Shown: positions 17,394 through 27,447 of the stretch, one piece after another
Position numbering within the stretch: position 1 is the stretch's first letter
How the letters are laid out: every line of letters begins with the position of its first letter
NCBI GenBank assembly: GCA_963714895.1
Contig: CAVQQC010000009.1
Span: forward strand, 26,172-90,171
DNA: 64,000 bases
Source of the DNA: Candidatus Sulfomarinibacteraceae bacterium
Lineage (GTDB): Bacteria; Acidobacteriota; Thermoanaerobaculia; Thermoanaerobaculales; Sulfomarinibacteraceae
Reading direction: 5' to 3'
Translations under genes and position numbers: made by a program
The notes under the pieces: model-generated
What the model was told of the DNA's origin: nothing
The model's database searches: none
What the model saw: only the letters and a program-made list of their open reading frames with translations

Positions 17394-19689
17394 TCAGCCC
17401 ATGATCCGTTTGATGAGGGTCTTGAACGGGCCCTCGTAGCGCTTGACGACCAACACGGAAGCCGGTGAGTACCGTGCCACCTTCTGCGGGATCTCACCGA
17501 TCAACATCTTGCGGAAGACCGGCTCCTTGGCCGCACCGATGACGACGAGGTCGAAGTCGCGGCTCGCCTTTGGCGAGACCGCCGGCCACCGATGCGGACT
17601 CGATCAGCTGCTTCTCGACGGGCACGTCGACGTGCATGTGGGCCAGCGTCTTGTCGATCCACGCGCGAGCGGTGTGGCGCTGTTCGTCGGTGGCGTCCGG
17701 CGGGACGACATAGCCCGCCGTGACCTCCATGTTGTGGGACCTGGCGAGGGCGTTGAGCAGATCGGCCGCGAGCTGGGCATTGGGCCCGCCGGCGGTCGGG
17801 AAGAGACAGGTCCGGAAATCCTGACCCTCGATCTTGAGCATCATCAGGTCGCAGGGCGCGTAGCGGATGACGTTGTCCGCGGTCTCGCCGAATATGCGAT
17901 CGCGGGTGTTGCTGAAGCCCTTCCACGCCATGACCATGACGTCCGCCCGGTGGCGGGCGGCGCCGGTGAAAATGCCCTCCTCGACCTTGTGGGCGATCAC
18001 GAGGTCGGTGTCGATCTTGATCCCATGCTCTTTGCCGTACTGCTGGGCGTCGCGCAGGAGCGTCTCCTTGTGGTGTGCGAATCTCATGCCCTCGTGGATC
18101 GGCAGCTGTTGCGGCACTTCGACGACCGTCATCGCAACCAGTCGCCGGCCTCGCAGTTCGGCCACCGGGATCGCGAAACTGAGCAGCGTCTCGAGGTAGT
18201 CGGGGTCGTGGAGGACCACCATCACCGAGTCCTCGGCCGGTGGTTCGTCAGCGCGGCGCGACGGCACCAGCACCTTCGGCTCGACATCCGAGGCCAGCTT
18301 CTCGAACACGCCGTAATAGAGCAACAAACCGAGCACCACCCAGCCGGTGGTGACGTACCAGGCGATCGGCTGGAAGGTGAACTGGTAGAGGGCGAGAAAG
18401 AGGTTGAGAACGATGCCGAGAATCGGCGTCAAGGGGTAGAAGGGAACCCTGTACCTGCGCTCGATCTCGGGCGCCTTGCGCCGCAGCGCGATCACCGACA
18501 GGTTGACCAGTGCAAAGGTCAGAAGAAAAATCAGGCTCGCGGCCGAGCCGACGGCCTCGATGGGCAGGGTGACTGCCATGACGATCAGGATGACGCCGGT
18601 GACGACGATGGCGGCGCGGGGGGTCCGGCGGACCGGGTCGATGTGGGCGATCTGCTTGGGCAGCCAACGGTCCCTGGCCATCGAAAAGGCGACGCGGGAA
18701 GCCGCGAGGATGGTGGCGTTGAGGGCCGACATCGTGGACAACAGGCCGCCGAGGACGATGATGGCGACCCCGAAGGCCGGCATGAACTGCTCGGCGGCAC
18801 GGACGATGGCGGTCTCGCCGTACTTGCCCAAAAACTCCCAGGACGTCAGGTCGTCGACGCGGATGGCGCCGAGCGAGACGAACAGGATCAGGAGATAGAT
18901 GGTGATGGTGACGGCGAGGGAGATGAAAGTGGCGCGCGGAATGTTCTTCTCGGGGTCCTTGATCTCCTCGGCAACCGTGGCGATGAGGTCATAGCCCTCG
19001 AAGGCGATAAAGGTCAGACCCATGGCGACGATGACGCCGCCGGCGCCGAGCGGGAAGAACGGGGAGAAGCCCTCGGCCGCCTCCGTCGGGGCGCCGAAGA
19101 TCTTCTTGAGCCCGTAGGCGATGAAGATCCCGAGCACCACCAGTTTGGCAAGAGTGAGTGCGTTTTCGGCCTTCCCGGTCACCGCTGCGCCGCGGATGTT
19201 GAGGCTGAGGAAGATGAACCCGATGATCACGGTGACGACGACGATCGGCACGTAGGTCCCGGCGGCGCCGAACAGGTGCTCGGCAAGGTCCGGCGTATAT
19301 TTGTGGAAGACCTCCCAGAAATAACCCGCGAAGCCGAGCGCGTAGAGGCTGCAGGCCACCGTGTACGCGAACCACAGCATCCACCCCGAGATGAAGCCCA
19401 TGGCGCCGGGGAAGGCCATCCGCACGTACGAGTATCCGCCGCCGGCCCGCGGAATGGCCGACGCCAGCTCCGCGTAGGCAAAAGCGGTCAGCAGAGTGAC
19501 CGCGCCGTTGAGGGCGAAGGCGAGAATCGAAGCCGGGCCGGAGACCCCGGCCGCGATGCCGGTGAGGACGAAGATGCCGGCGCCGATCATCGCGCCGACG
19601 CCGATCATGGTGGCGTCGAACAATCCGAGGTCGCGCGCAAAGGTGGTTTCTCCGGCGGCCGGTACCGGTCCCTGGGATGTGGTGTTCAT
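17394..19689 (-). CDS. APC-family amino-acid/polyamine permease fused to tandem universal-stress-protein (Usp) domains; one frameshift near 17562
   Basis: ATG 19689 (MNTTSQGP...) within ORF 17494..20022. About 12 TM helices followed by Usp-like domains. The last 55 aa (RDFDLVVIGAAKEPVFRKMLIGEIPQKVARYSPASVLVVKRYEG...IMG*) sit in the adjacent frame ending at 17394. Confidence 0.8.
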
Positions 19690-19774
19690 GAGCGGAATTA
19701 TATCGGCATTTTCAAGCTCTCGCAGCGGCGGCCGAACTGGTGTTTGCTGAAAACAGAGCGTACAGTCGCCGTTC

Positions 19775-20671
19775 ATGGGGAAGCCGGGACCCGCGTTGAA
19801 GGCCGCGACGCTCGCCCTCCTGGTCGTCATCTGGGGGACGACGTGGGCGGCGGTGAGAATTTCCCTGCGCGGTTTCCCGCCCTTCACCGGAGTCGCACTG
19901 CGGTTCATCGTCGCTGCCCTGTTCCTGGTGCTGATCGCTCGAGCCATGGGGACCCCGTTGGCCGCGGTCAACCGCCGGGACCGGCGGTTGCGGGTGGTCC
20001 ACGCCCTGCTCTCGTTCTGCATCTCCTACGGGATCGTGTTCTGGACTGAACAGTGGGTGCCTTCGGGTCTCGCGGCGGTCCTGTTTGCGACCTTTCCGTT
20101 GATCGTGGCGGTGATGGCCCACTTCGCACTGCCGGGCGAACGCATGACAGCGCAGGTGATGGTGGGCACGGCGTTGGGGTTTGCGGGCATTGCTGCCATC
20201 TTCGCCGAGGACTTCGATCTGCTCGGTGGACGCGAGCTCACGGTGGCGGCGCTGGTCATGCTGGTATCGCCGTTTGTCGCGGCCATCTCGACCGTCGCCT
20301 ACAAGAAGTGGGGGCAGGGCATCCGGCCGGTGGCGTTCAACGCGGTGGCGATCATCTATGGTGCGGTCATCATGGGTGCCGTGGCGGCAGTCACAGAGGG
20401 GCACCAGCCGATCGTCTTCGATCGTTGGCCGACGGTGGCGATTCTCTACATGGCGGTGGCCGGTACCGCAATCACCTTTCCCCTGTATTTCTGGCTGCTG
20501 GAGCACATGCCGGCCCGGCAGGTAGCCCTGATCGGCTACGGCACACCGGTGGTTGCACTCTTTCTGGGCGTCCTGTTTCTGGACGAAACGCTGACCGCTC
20601 GAACCCTCATGGGGTCGGCCATGGTCGTCACTGGGGTCGCTGTAGCGTCGCACACGCCGCGGCGCCGATGA
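19775..20671 (+). CDS. EamA/DMT-superfamily transporter
   Basis: 298 aa with 10 TM helices and two EamA-like halves (VVIWGTTWAAVRISL...). Confidence 0.8.
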   Translation: MGKPGPALKAATLALLVVIWGTTWAAVRISLRGFPPFTGVALRFIVAALFLVLIARAMGTPLAAVNRRDRRLRVVHALLSFCISYGIVFWTEQWVPSGLAAVLFATFPLIVAVMAHFALPGERMTAQVMVGTALGFAGIAAIFAEDFDLLGGRELTVAALVMLVSPFVAAISTVAYKKWGQGIRPVAFNAVAIIYGAVIMGAVAAVTEGHQPIVFDRWPTVAILYMAVAGTAITFPLYFWLLEHMPARQVALIGYGTPVVALFLGVLFLDETLTARTLMGSAMVVTGVAVASHTPRRR

Positions 20672-20705
20672 GAGAAGGCCTGCGGCCTATTTCGAAAGCA
20701 GCCGG

Positions 20706-21245
20706 TCAGCCGGCTTCCGGGCGGAACTCGCCGGTGTCAAACCAGAAGCCCGACCCTGTCACCAGATCCATCTCCGCCTGGACGATCGCAAGGTGGCCCT
20801 CTTCGATCTCGACGAAGCGCTCGAAGAGCCTCTTGCCTTCAGCATCGAGGGTGGCGACCATTTTCTTGTAGAAGTCGCTGGTCTCGCGCTCCGCCTGGAG
20901 GGCCTTTCTCAGGCTTTCGAGTTCGGCGCCGCTGCCGCCGGGGCTGCCGCCCGCGAGGGTGGCGCGGAGCCTGGCCGCGCCGGCCTCGACGGCCGAGCGT
21001 GAACCGAGCTCACCCCCGATATCGTAGATGTTGATCCTGCCGTTGGCGCGCCACTCCTCGAGGCGTTCGCGGAGATATCTGATGTGCCCCTTCTCCTCCT
21101 CGCCCAGGGTCGAAAAGACCCTCCGCGCCACCGGATTCTCGGCGGTCGCAGCAGCCTCGGCATAGGTTGCGTGAACCCGGGTCTCGAATTTGATGGCGGT
21201 CGTGATGGCGTGTTCCAGCTTCACCGAGATCTCCTCGTAGAACAA
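20706..21245 (-). CDS. rubrerythrin/ferritin-like di-iron domain protein
   Basis: Two ExxH-type motifs (GEEEKGHIRYL and EIEEGHLAIV) in a four-helix-like layout. The listed start is TTG, so the start is uncertain. Confidence 0.65.
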   Translation of the reverse strand: MFYEEISVKLEHAITTAIKFETRVHATYAEAAATAENPVARRVFSTLGEEEKGHIRYLRERLEEWRANGRINIYDIGGELGSRSAVEAGAARLRATLAGGSPGGSGAELESLRKALQAERETSDFYKKMVATLDAEGKRLFERFVEIEEGHLAIVQAEMDLVTGSGFWFDTGEFRPEAG

Positions 21246-21366
21246 TCTTGGCCGTCATTATGCCTGATCCCCGGACCGGGTTTTGCACCTCCTGGCGAGG
21301 CAGGGCCCGTGGTACGCTCCGCGACGCTGCGCCGACGGGGGTTCGGCGCAATTTCGGGAGGTCGCC

Positions 21367-23490
21367 GTGAATACCAGAGTTCTTGCCGTGGTGTCGTGCT
21401 TGATCTTGAGTGGCGTGTCCTTTGCGGGAGCCGCTGGTTCGGAAGACTCCGAGGGCGCTCCGGCGAAACCGGCGGCATTTGCAGGCCCGGACTTCAGGGC
21501 GGTCCTCGGTTTGCAGAGCGCCGGCGAACCGAAGATCTCCCCGGACGGCGGGACCGTCGTCTTCACGGTCCGGCGGGCGGACTGGGACGACAACCGGTTC
21601 GACGCCGAGATATGGTTGGCCCGCCGCGGTGAGGAACCGTTCCAACTGACACGGAGCGAGGGCGAGAGCAGCTCGGACGCAAAATGGTCGCCGAATGGTT
21701 CGTGGATCGCCTTTGTGGCCGACCGCGGGAAGGGCCCCCAGATCTGGTTGATCTCACCCGTGGGTGGCGAGGCCCGTCCGCTGACGGCGGTCGAAGACGG
21801 GGTCTCGGATTTCGAGTGGGCGCCCGACGGCGCTCGAATGGCCGTCGCCATCACCGACCGCCAGGGCCCGGAACGGAAGCAGCTCGAGGAGACCTACGGC
21901 GACTATTCGATCGAGGACCACGACTTCCGCAACACCCATCTGTGGTTGTTGGATGTGAATGCGGCGCTTGACGAAAGTGATGGGGTCGCGCTCCCGGACG
22001 AATCGACGGGTGATGACGACGAGGAGGGGGACGATGAAGGAGAAGCCAAGAAACCCTCACCGTTTCGACGTCTCACGAGCGGCGCAGGATTCACCGTCGA
22101 CACATTTCGCTGGTCGCCTGACGGCGCAAGCATCGCGTTCGACCACCTGCCGGATCCGCGCGTCGAGTCCCGCTCCGAGGCGGATCTCTCGATCGTTGAT
22201 GTGGAGACGGCCGAGGTGAGGGCGCTGGTGGCGCAGCCGGGTCCGGACCGCGACCCGCACTGGTCGCCCGACGGTGCCTGGGTGATGTTCTCCACCGGTG
22301 ACGGCGACCCTTCGTACTACCTCAACTCCGAACTGGCAAAGGTGCCCGCCGGTGGCGGCGAACCGGTCGTCCTGACCGAAGGTTTTGATGAAGACGCGGC
22401 CGCGGTCGCGTGGCTTCCCGATGGCATCCGTTTTCTGGCCCTGGAGCGAACGACCCGCGCGCTCTACCGGCTCGATCCGGAGACCGGCGAGGTCGCTCCC
22501 GTGGTCGTGGAGGACGCCCCTCGGATGATCTGGAGCGCGGATTTTTCGAAGGACGGGCGGACGTGGGCGTTTCAGGGAGAAGGCATCGACACGCTGGACG
22601 AGGTGTACCGGGTGGACTCCGGAGAAGACCGGGCTCGCCGCATCACCGGTTCGACCGCCCAGACCGAAGGGTGGGCGATGGGAAGCCGAGAAGTCATCGA
22701 GTGGACGAGCGAGGACGGCGCGAGGGTCGAGGGCGTCCTGCTCAAGCCTGACGACTTCGATCCGTCGATCAAACACCCGCTGCTGGTCATCATCCACGGC
22801 GGGCCGTCGTGGCTGTCCTTCCCGGTCCGCGCCTACACCTATGTCTACCCGGTTCAGCAGTGGCTCGAAAAGGGGGCCGTGATCCTGATGCCCAACTACC
22901 GCGGGTCCGCGGGGTACGGGGAGGCCTTCCGCTCCCTCAACGTCCGCAACCTCGGTGTCGGCGACGCCTGGGATGTGCTGTCGGGGGTCGACCACCTGGA
23001 AGCACAGGGCTTCATCGACAGCGACCGCGTCGGGGCGATGGGTTGGAGCCAGGGCGGTTACATCTCGGCCTTTCTGACCACCACCAGCGACCGCTTTGCG
23101 GCGATCTCGGTCGGGGCGGGGATCTCCAACTGGATGACCTACTACGTCAACACCGACATCCACCCCTTCACCCGCCACTACCTGCAGGGCACGCCGTGGA
23201 GCGATCCCGAGATCTACGCCGTAACCTCGCCGATGTCCTACATCAACGACGCCTCGACGCCGACTCTGATCCAGCACGGCGAGTTCGACCGGAGGGTGCC
23301 CACCCCCAACGCCTACGAGCTTTACCAGGGTCTGCAGGACGTGGGCGTCCCGGTGGAGCTGGTGATCTACAAGGGCTTTGGGCACGGGATCTCCAAACCC
23401 AAGGAACAGCTCGCCGCGGTGTGGCACAACTGGCAGTTCTTTGCGAGGTGGATCTGGGACGAGGAAGTGGTTATCCCGTCCGAGGAGTGA
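21367..23490 (+). CDS. S9-family serine peptidase, second paralogue, secreted
   Basis: GTG 21367 after GGGAGG with a signal peptide. Propeller half with SPDG/WSPDG repeats. GAMGWSQGGYISAF nucleophile elbow. Acidic insert DESTGDDDEEGDDEGE. Confidence 0.9.
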   Translation: MNTRVLAVVSCLILSGVSFAGAAGSEDSEGAPAKPAAFAGPDFRAVLGLQSAGEPKISPDGGTVVFTVRRADWDDNRFDAEIWLARRGEEPFQLTRSEGESSSDAKWSPNGSWIAFVADRGKGPQIWLISPVGGEARPLTAVEDGVSDFEWAPDGARMAVAITDRQGPERKQLEETYGDYSIEDHDFRNTHLWLLDVNAALDESDGVALPDESTGDDDEEGDDEGEAKKPSPFRRLTSGAGFTVDTFRWSPDGASIAFDHLPDPRVESRSEADLSIVDVETAEVRALVAQPGPDRDPHWSPDGAWVMFSTGDGDPSYYLNSELAKVPAGGGEPVVLTEGFDEDAAAVAWLPDGIRFLALERTTRALYRLDPETGEVAPVVVEDAPRMIWSADFSKDGRTWAFQGEGIDTLDEVYRVDSGEDRARRITGSTAQTEGWAMGSREVIEWTSEDGARVEGVLLKPDDFDPSIKHPLLVIIHGGPSWLSFPVRAYTYVYPVQQWLEKGAVILMPNYRGSAGYGEAFRSLNVRNLGVGDAWDVLSGVDHLEAQGFIDSDRVGAMGWSQGGYISAFLTTTSDRFAAISVGAGISNWMTYYVNTDIHPFTRHYLQGTPWSDPEIYAVTSPMSYINDASTPTLIQHGEFDRRVPTPNAYELYQGLQDVGVPVELVIYKGFGHGISKPKEQLAAVWHNWQFFARWIWDEEVVIPSEE

Positions 23491-23534
23491 TCGGGAACAC
23501 CGTGCGCGGATGAAGGCAGGCGCACACTCGTACT

Positions 23535-24825
23535 GTGCTGACCATGTTGCGGACATCATCTCGTGCCGTGATCGCGGCGGTCGTCGTTCTCGGGTCTGCG
23601 GGCGTTCCGGGTTGGCTCGAGGCACAGGCACCGTGTCCTTCGCTGCCGCCTCCGGCGGGGCCGGTGATCGAGGTGCAACCGTCGCAGGTGGGCGACCTGC
23701 CCGGTATTGTCGCCAATGCCGCGACCGGCACGACGATCCTGCTTCACGACGGTCCGTACGATCTCGACGGGGCCTTCCTGCACATCACGACCCCCGGTCT
23801 CACCCTGCGCTCGGCAAGCGGAAATCGTGAGGCGGTGGTTCTGGATGGCGGCTATGTCTCGGGTGAGTTGATCAGCATCCAGGCCTCGAACACGACGATT
23901 GCCGACCTCACGTTGCAGCGGGCCTATTACCACCCGATCCATGTCAGCGGGCCCGGGGAACCGATCAGCGGAGTGCTGATCCACAACGTCCACATCATCG
24001 ACCCCGGAGAACAGGCCGTGAAGGTCAATGCGGTGGGGGAGGGAACGGTCGACGACAGCTGCCCTCCAGTGCTCGCACATCGAGCTCACCGATGCCGGAC
24101 GGCCGTTCATTCGGAACAGCTGTTACACCGGCGGGCTCGACGCCCACGCCGCCACCGGTTGGCGGGTGTGGCGCAACCGCATCGAGGGCTTCTGGTGCGA
24201 CGCGGGCCTCTCCGAACACGGGATCCACCTGTGGCGCGCGTCGGCCGACACCGTGGTGGAAGAAAACGTGGTCGTCGACTGCGCCCGTGGCATCGGCTTC
24301 GGGCTCGGTTCGGGGGCGGACGGTCACTCGGGCGGCATCATCCGCAACAACTTCGTGGCCGCATCCGACAGCGATCTCTTCGCGTCCGAGTACGGCTTTG
24401 ACGCGGGCATCGCACTCTGGGGCGCCGAGGGCGCCGCCGTGTACCACAACACCGTGGCCTCGACGCAGGCACCGTTTTCATCCATCGAGTGGCGGTACAT
24501 CGACACCTCGGTCACCATCGTGAACAACCTGACGACCGGTCCGATCCGCGATCGCGGCGGCACCGCCGTTCTCACCACCAACCTCAGCGGCGAACCGGTG
24601 AGTCTGTTTGCGGACGTGGCGGCCGGCGATCTCCACCTGGTCGAACCGCTCTCGAGCCCGGTCGACGCCGGCACGCCCCTGACGTCCGGGCTGTGCGACG
24701 GCGACATCGATCGGCAGCATCGCGACGCAACACCAGACATCGGCGCCGACGAGTTCGGATGGGGGATCTTCGTGGACGGCTTCGAGTCCGGCAACACCAG
24801 CGAGTGGTCGGCGGAAGTCCCGTAA
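23535..24825 (+). CDS. secreted right-handed parallel beta-helix repeat protein; one frameshift near 24057-24064
   Basis: Signal peptide, then repeated short beta-helix-like turns (ADLTLQRAYYHPIHV, GVLIHNVHII, VVEENVVVDCARGIGF, IIRNNFV). ORFs 23535..24401 and 24028..24825 join at ...GEGTVDDS / ALQCSHIELTD. Confidence 0.65.
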
Positions 24826-24829
24826 CGAG

Positions 24830-26401
24830 TCAGTTCCAGTGCCGTAGGTCCGGCCACTGATCGGCGAGCGGTGCGGTGAGTTCGCGGCACAGGAGGATCG
24901 GACGGTTCTCCTCCGCCATGCCCCAGGGGTGGTGGTTTTCACCGACGATTTCGACCGAGGCGCAACGGTCCTCCAACCATTCGGGCTCCCACTGCAGCCA
25001 GATCAGGGTGTCGCCATCGAAGTCCCCGGGACCCCACATCGAGTGGGTCTGGTGGGCGCAGATCGCTGGAGGGAGACCGAGGGCAGGCCCGAAGAGGTTG
25101 ATCGCTCCCGCCTCGCCGTAGTTGCTGGCGAAGATCCCGGTTCGCGCACGTTCGTCCGGGGGCAGCGAGTTGTAGATCCGCGCGATCTCCGACACCAGTT
25201 CGGGCCACCCGAACTGATCGCCCCACAACTGGGGCAGCGGGCCCTCGTGCGCGACCTCGGTCTTTTCCGGGGCGACTCCGAGGCGTTGCTGGTAGGCAAC
25301 ATAGGCGGCGGGCTCCAGGATCGGCAGGGCGAGGGGGGCAATCACCGCACCGGGCACCATGACGGAAAGCAACAACGCCACCTGGACCCCAAGCCGTGCG
25401 CGGGCCCTGGCGAGGGCCGAGGTCCAGCCTTCGAATGCGGCCCCGCCGGCGGCGAAGAGCATGGGATAGATCGGCGCCAGGTAGTAGTCCTTGGCGTGCA
25501 GGACCACCATGACCCCGAGCAGCAACAGATAGGCCCAACCGAGAACCCGGAACCGCCGGCCGCGCCCGGCGAACAGGAACCACAGACCGGCGAGCCAGAC
25601 GGGCAGCGTCGCCGGGTTCATCATCATGGTCTGTTGGATCATGAACGCCCCGGGAGCGAGCTCGACGTTCTTGCCGATCTCCCGGACGTTCCGCAGGTCC
25701 TCCAGGGTGGGAAAGCCGTGCTGCCACTGCCACAGAAGGTTGGGCAGGAAGAGGGCCAACGCGACCGCGGCGCCGAGCCAGATCCAGGGTTTTGCGAGTT
25801 CGCGGCGGAGAGGCGTCGCGATGACGCCGACGGCGACGGCGGCGCCGAAGAAGAGGGTGGAGTGTTTGTTCTCGAGCCCGAGCCCGGCGAGGGCGCCGAA
25901 GACGAGCCACAGCCTCGAATCGCCGGTGCGAACGATGCGGATCACGACCCACACGCAGCCCATCCAGAAGATGGGCTCGAAGGAGTTCATGGAGAGGATG
26001 CTGCCGATCATGAGGTGAACCGGTGCGATCAGGATCGCCATTCCGGCGATGGCCTGAGCGAAAACACCGCCGCCGAGCTGGCGGGCCAGTACCACCGTCA
26101 TCGTGATCAGCCCGACCCCGGCAAGCATCGGCACGATGCGCAGAGCGGGAAGAGAACCACCAAGGAGGAGGGCGATCTTGGCGTAGACGGCCACCAACGG
26201 TGCGCAGTCGACATAGCCCCAATCGAGGTGGCGGGCGCAGTCGAGAAAGTAGAGCTCATCGCGGAAGTAGCCGTAGCGGAAGAGCCCCGGGATGTGGAGG
26301 GCGATCTTCGCTGCGACCAGGGCCATGAGCACCGGAATGGAAAGCGGAGGGAGTTCGCCTGACAGCAGATCGGAGGTTTGAGGCGTCGCGGATGATCTCA
26401 T
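24830..26401 (-). CDS. GT39/GT83-like (ArnT/PMT-type) membrane glycosyltransferase
   Basis: 523 aa and polytopic. YFRDELYFLDCARHLDWGYVDCAPL near the first loop is typical of this family. Confidence 0.75.
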   Translation of the reverse strand: MRSSATPQTSDLLSGELPPLSIPVLMALVAAKIALHIPGLFRYGYFRDELYFLDCARHLDWGYVDCAPLVAVYAKIALLLGGSLPALRIVPMLAGVGLITMTVVLARQLGGGVFAQAIAGMAILIAPVHLMIGSILSMNSFEPIFWMGCVWVVIRIVRTGDSRLWLVFGALAGLGLENKHSTLFFGAAVAVGVIATPLRRELAKPWIWLGAAVALALFLPNLLWQWQHGFPTLEDLRNVREIGKNVELAPGAFMIQQTMMMNPATLPVWLAGLWFLFAGRGRRFRVLGWAYLLLLGVMVVLHAKDYYLAPIYPMLFAAGGAAFEGWTSALARARARLGVQVALLLSVMVPGAVIAPLALPILEPAAYVAYQQRLGVAPEKTEVAHEGPLPQLWGDQFGWPELVSEIARIYNSLPPDERARTGIFASNYGEAGAINLFGPALGLPPAICAHQTHSMWGPGDFDGDTLIWLQWEPEWLEDRCASVEIVGENHHPWGMAEENRPILLCRELTAPLADQWPDLRHWN

Positions 26402-26446
26402 GGTGTTCCCCCAAAGGAATCTATACGGCGGAATACGGAAGTCAGT

Positions 26447-27313
26447 TCACACGGCGCGCACGCGCCGGATCTGCGCCTTGAGCAGGGCCGAGTCGGGGTA
26501 GAAGGCGTAGGTCTTGAAACTCAGGAGCCCCGACGAGTTCGCGACCGTCGAGTCCTTTGTACCGACAATGCGCACGTTGTTGACGCGGCGGTCGAGGTGG
26601 TCGTGGGTGTGGCCGTGGAGGATCGCCTTGACCGCAAACACCCGCGCGAGGAGCCGCAGGGCGACCCGGTCGGCGCGGTCGAGTTGCAGCGCGGCGCGCT
26701 GCCAGAAAGGCGTTGCCTTTTCTCCCCGCCGCTTCGAAGTCGCCGATGCCGGGATGTTGGGTGAGTGGTGGAGGGCGATGAGTTTGCACGGCACCTCTGC
26801 GTTCTCGTCGAGCAACCGGCCGAGACCGGCGAGCTGGTCGAAGCCGATGCGACCGACCGCGTTGTCGATGAGGTTGAAGTTGCCGGCGTTGACGCTGTCG
26901 ACGGCGAAGACCGCGATGGCCCCGCCGGCGAACAAACGGACGTAGGGCAGTTTTCTGCGTTGGCGACCTTTTTCGAGCCCGGCGCGGACGATGGCGAGGT
27001 CCTCCGCCGTGGGGCGGGCTCGCCGCAGACCGAGACACGCCGCATCGTGATTCCCGGGGATCACGAGCGATTTACCGAGGTCGAGGCCGGCCTGCCGGAC
27101 CGACGACCACAGAACATGCCACGCCGCCATCTCGCCGCGGTCGCTGACGTCGCCGGTGATCAACACCAGATCCGCCTCCTGAACGGCCGGGTGGGCGAGG
27201 AGGCGGCCGAGATTCGCGTTCATGCCGCGGGCGCGGTCCTCCTTGCGCCGCCCGCCGTCGGTGGCGGTCAGGTGGAGGTCCGAAAGATGGGCGATCGAGA
27301 GTGAATTTCCCAT
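26447..27313 (-). CDS. calcineurin-like metallophosphoesterase
   Basis: ATG 27313 is 7 nt after GAGGAG. HLSDLHL, GDVSDRG, GNHD and GHTH motifs. Confidence 0.85.
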   Translation of the reverse strand: MGNSLSIAHLSDLHLTATDGGRRKEDRARGMNANLGRLLAHPAVQEADLVLITGDVSDRGEMAAWHVLWSSVRQAGLDLGKSLVIPGNHDAACLGLRRARPTAEDLAIVRAGLEKGRQRRKLPYVRLFAGGAIAVFAVDSVNAGNFNLIDNAVGRIGFDQLAGLGRLLDENAEVPCKLIALHHSPNIPASATSKRRGEKATPFWQRAALQLDRADRVALRLLARVFAVKAILHGHTHDHLDRRVNNVRIVGTKDSTVANSSGLLSFKTYAFYPDSALLKAQIRRVRAV

Positions 27314-27385
27314 AGTCGACTCCTCGGTCACAACCGGGCTGGACAGGTGTTACCGCCCAAAGCCTATCGTAATCAGACGGAAAGA

Positions 27386-27414
27386 TTGACTGCGACTGCG
27401 TCTCACTCTAGGAT
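27386..27414 (+). promoter_or_regulatory. candidate sigma70-type promoter for the porin-like gene
   Basis: TTGACT, 17-nt spacer, TAGGAT. Lies 34 nt upstream of ATG 27448. By-eye match only. Confidence 0.35.
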
Positions 27415-27447
27415 GTTTCCAAACAGCGGCGCACAAAGGAAGAAAAT

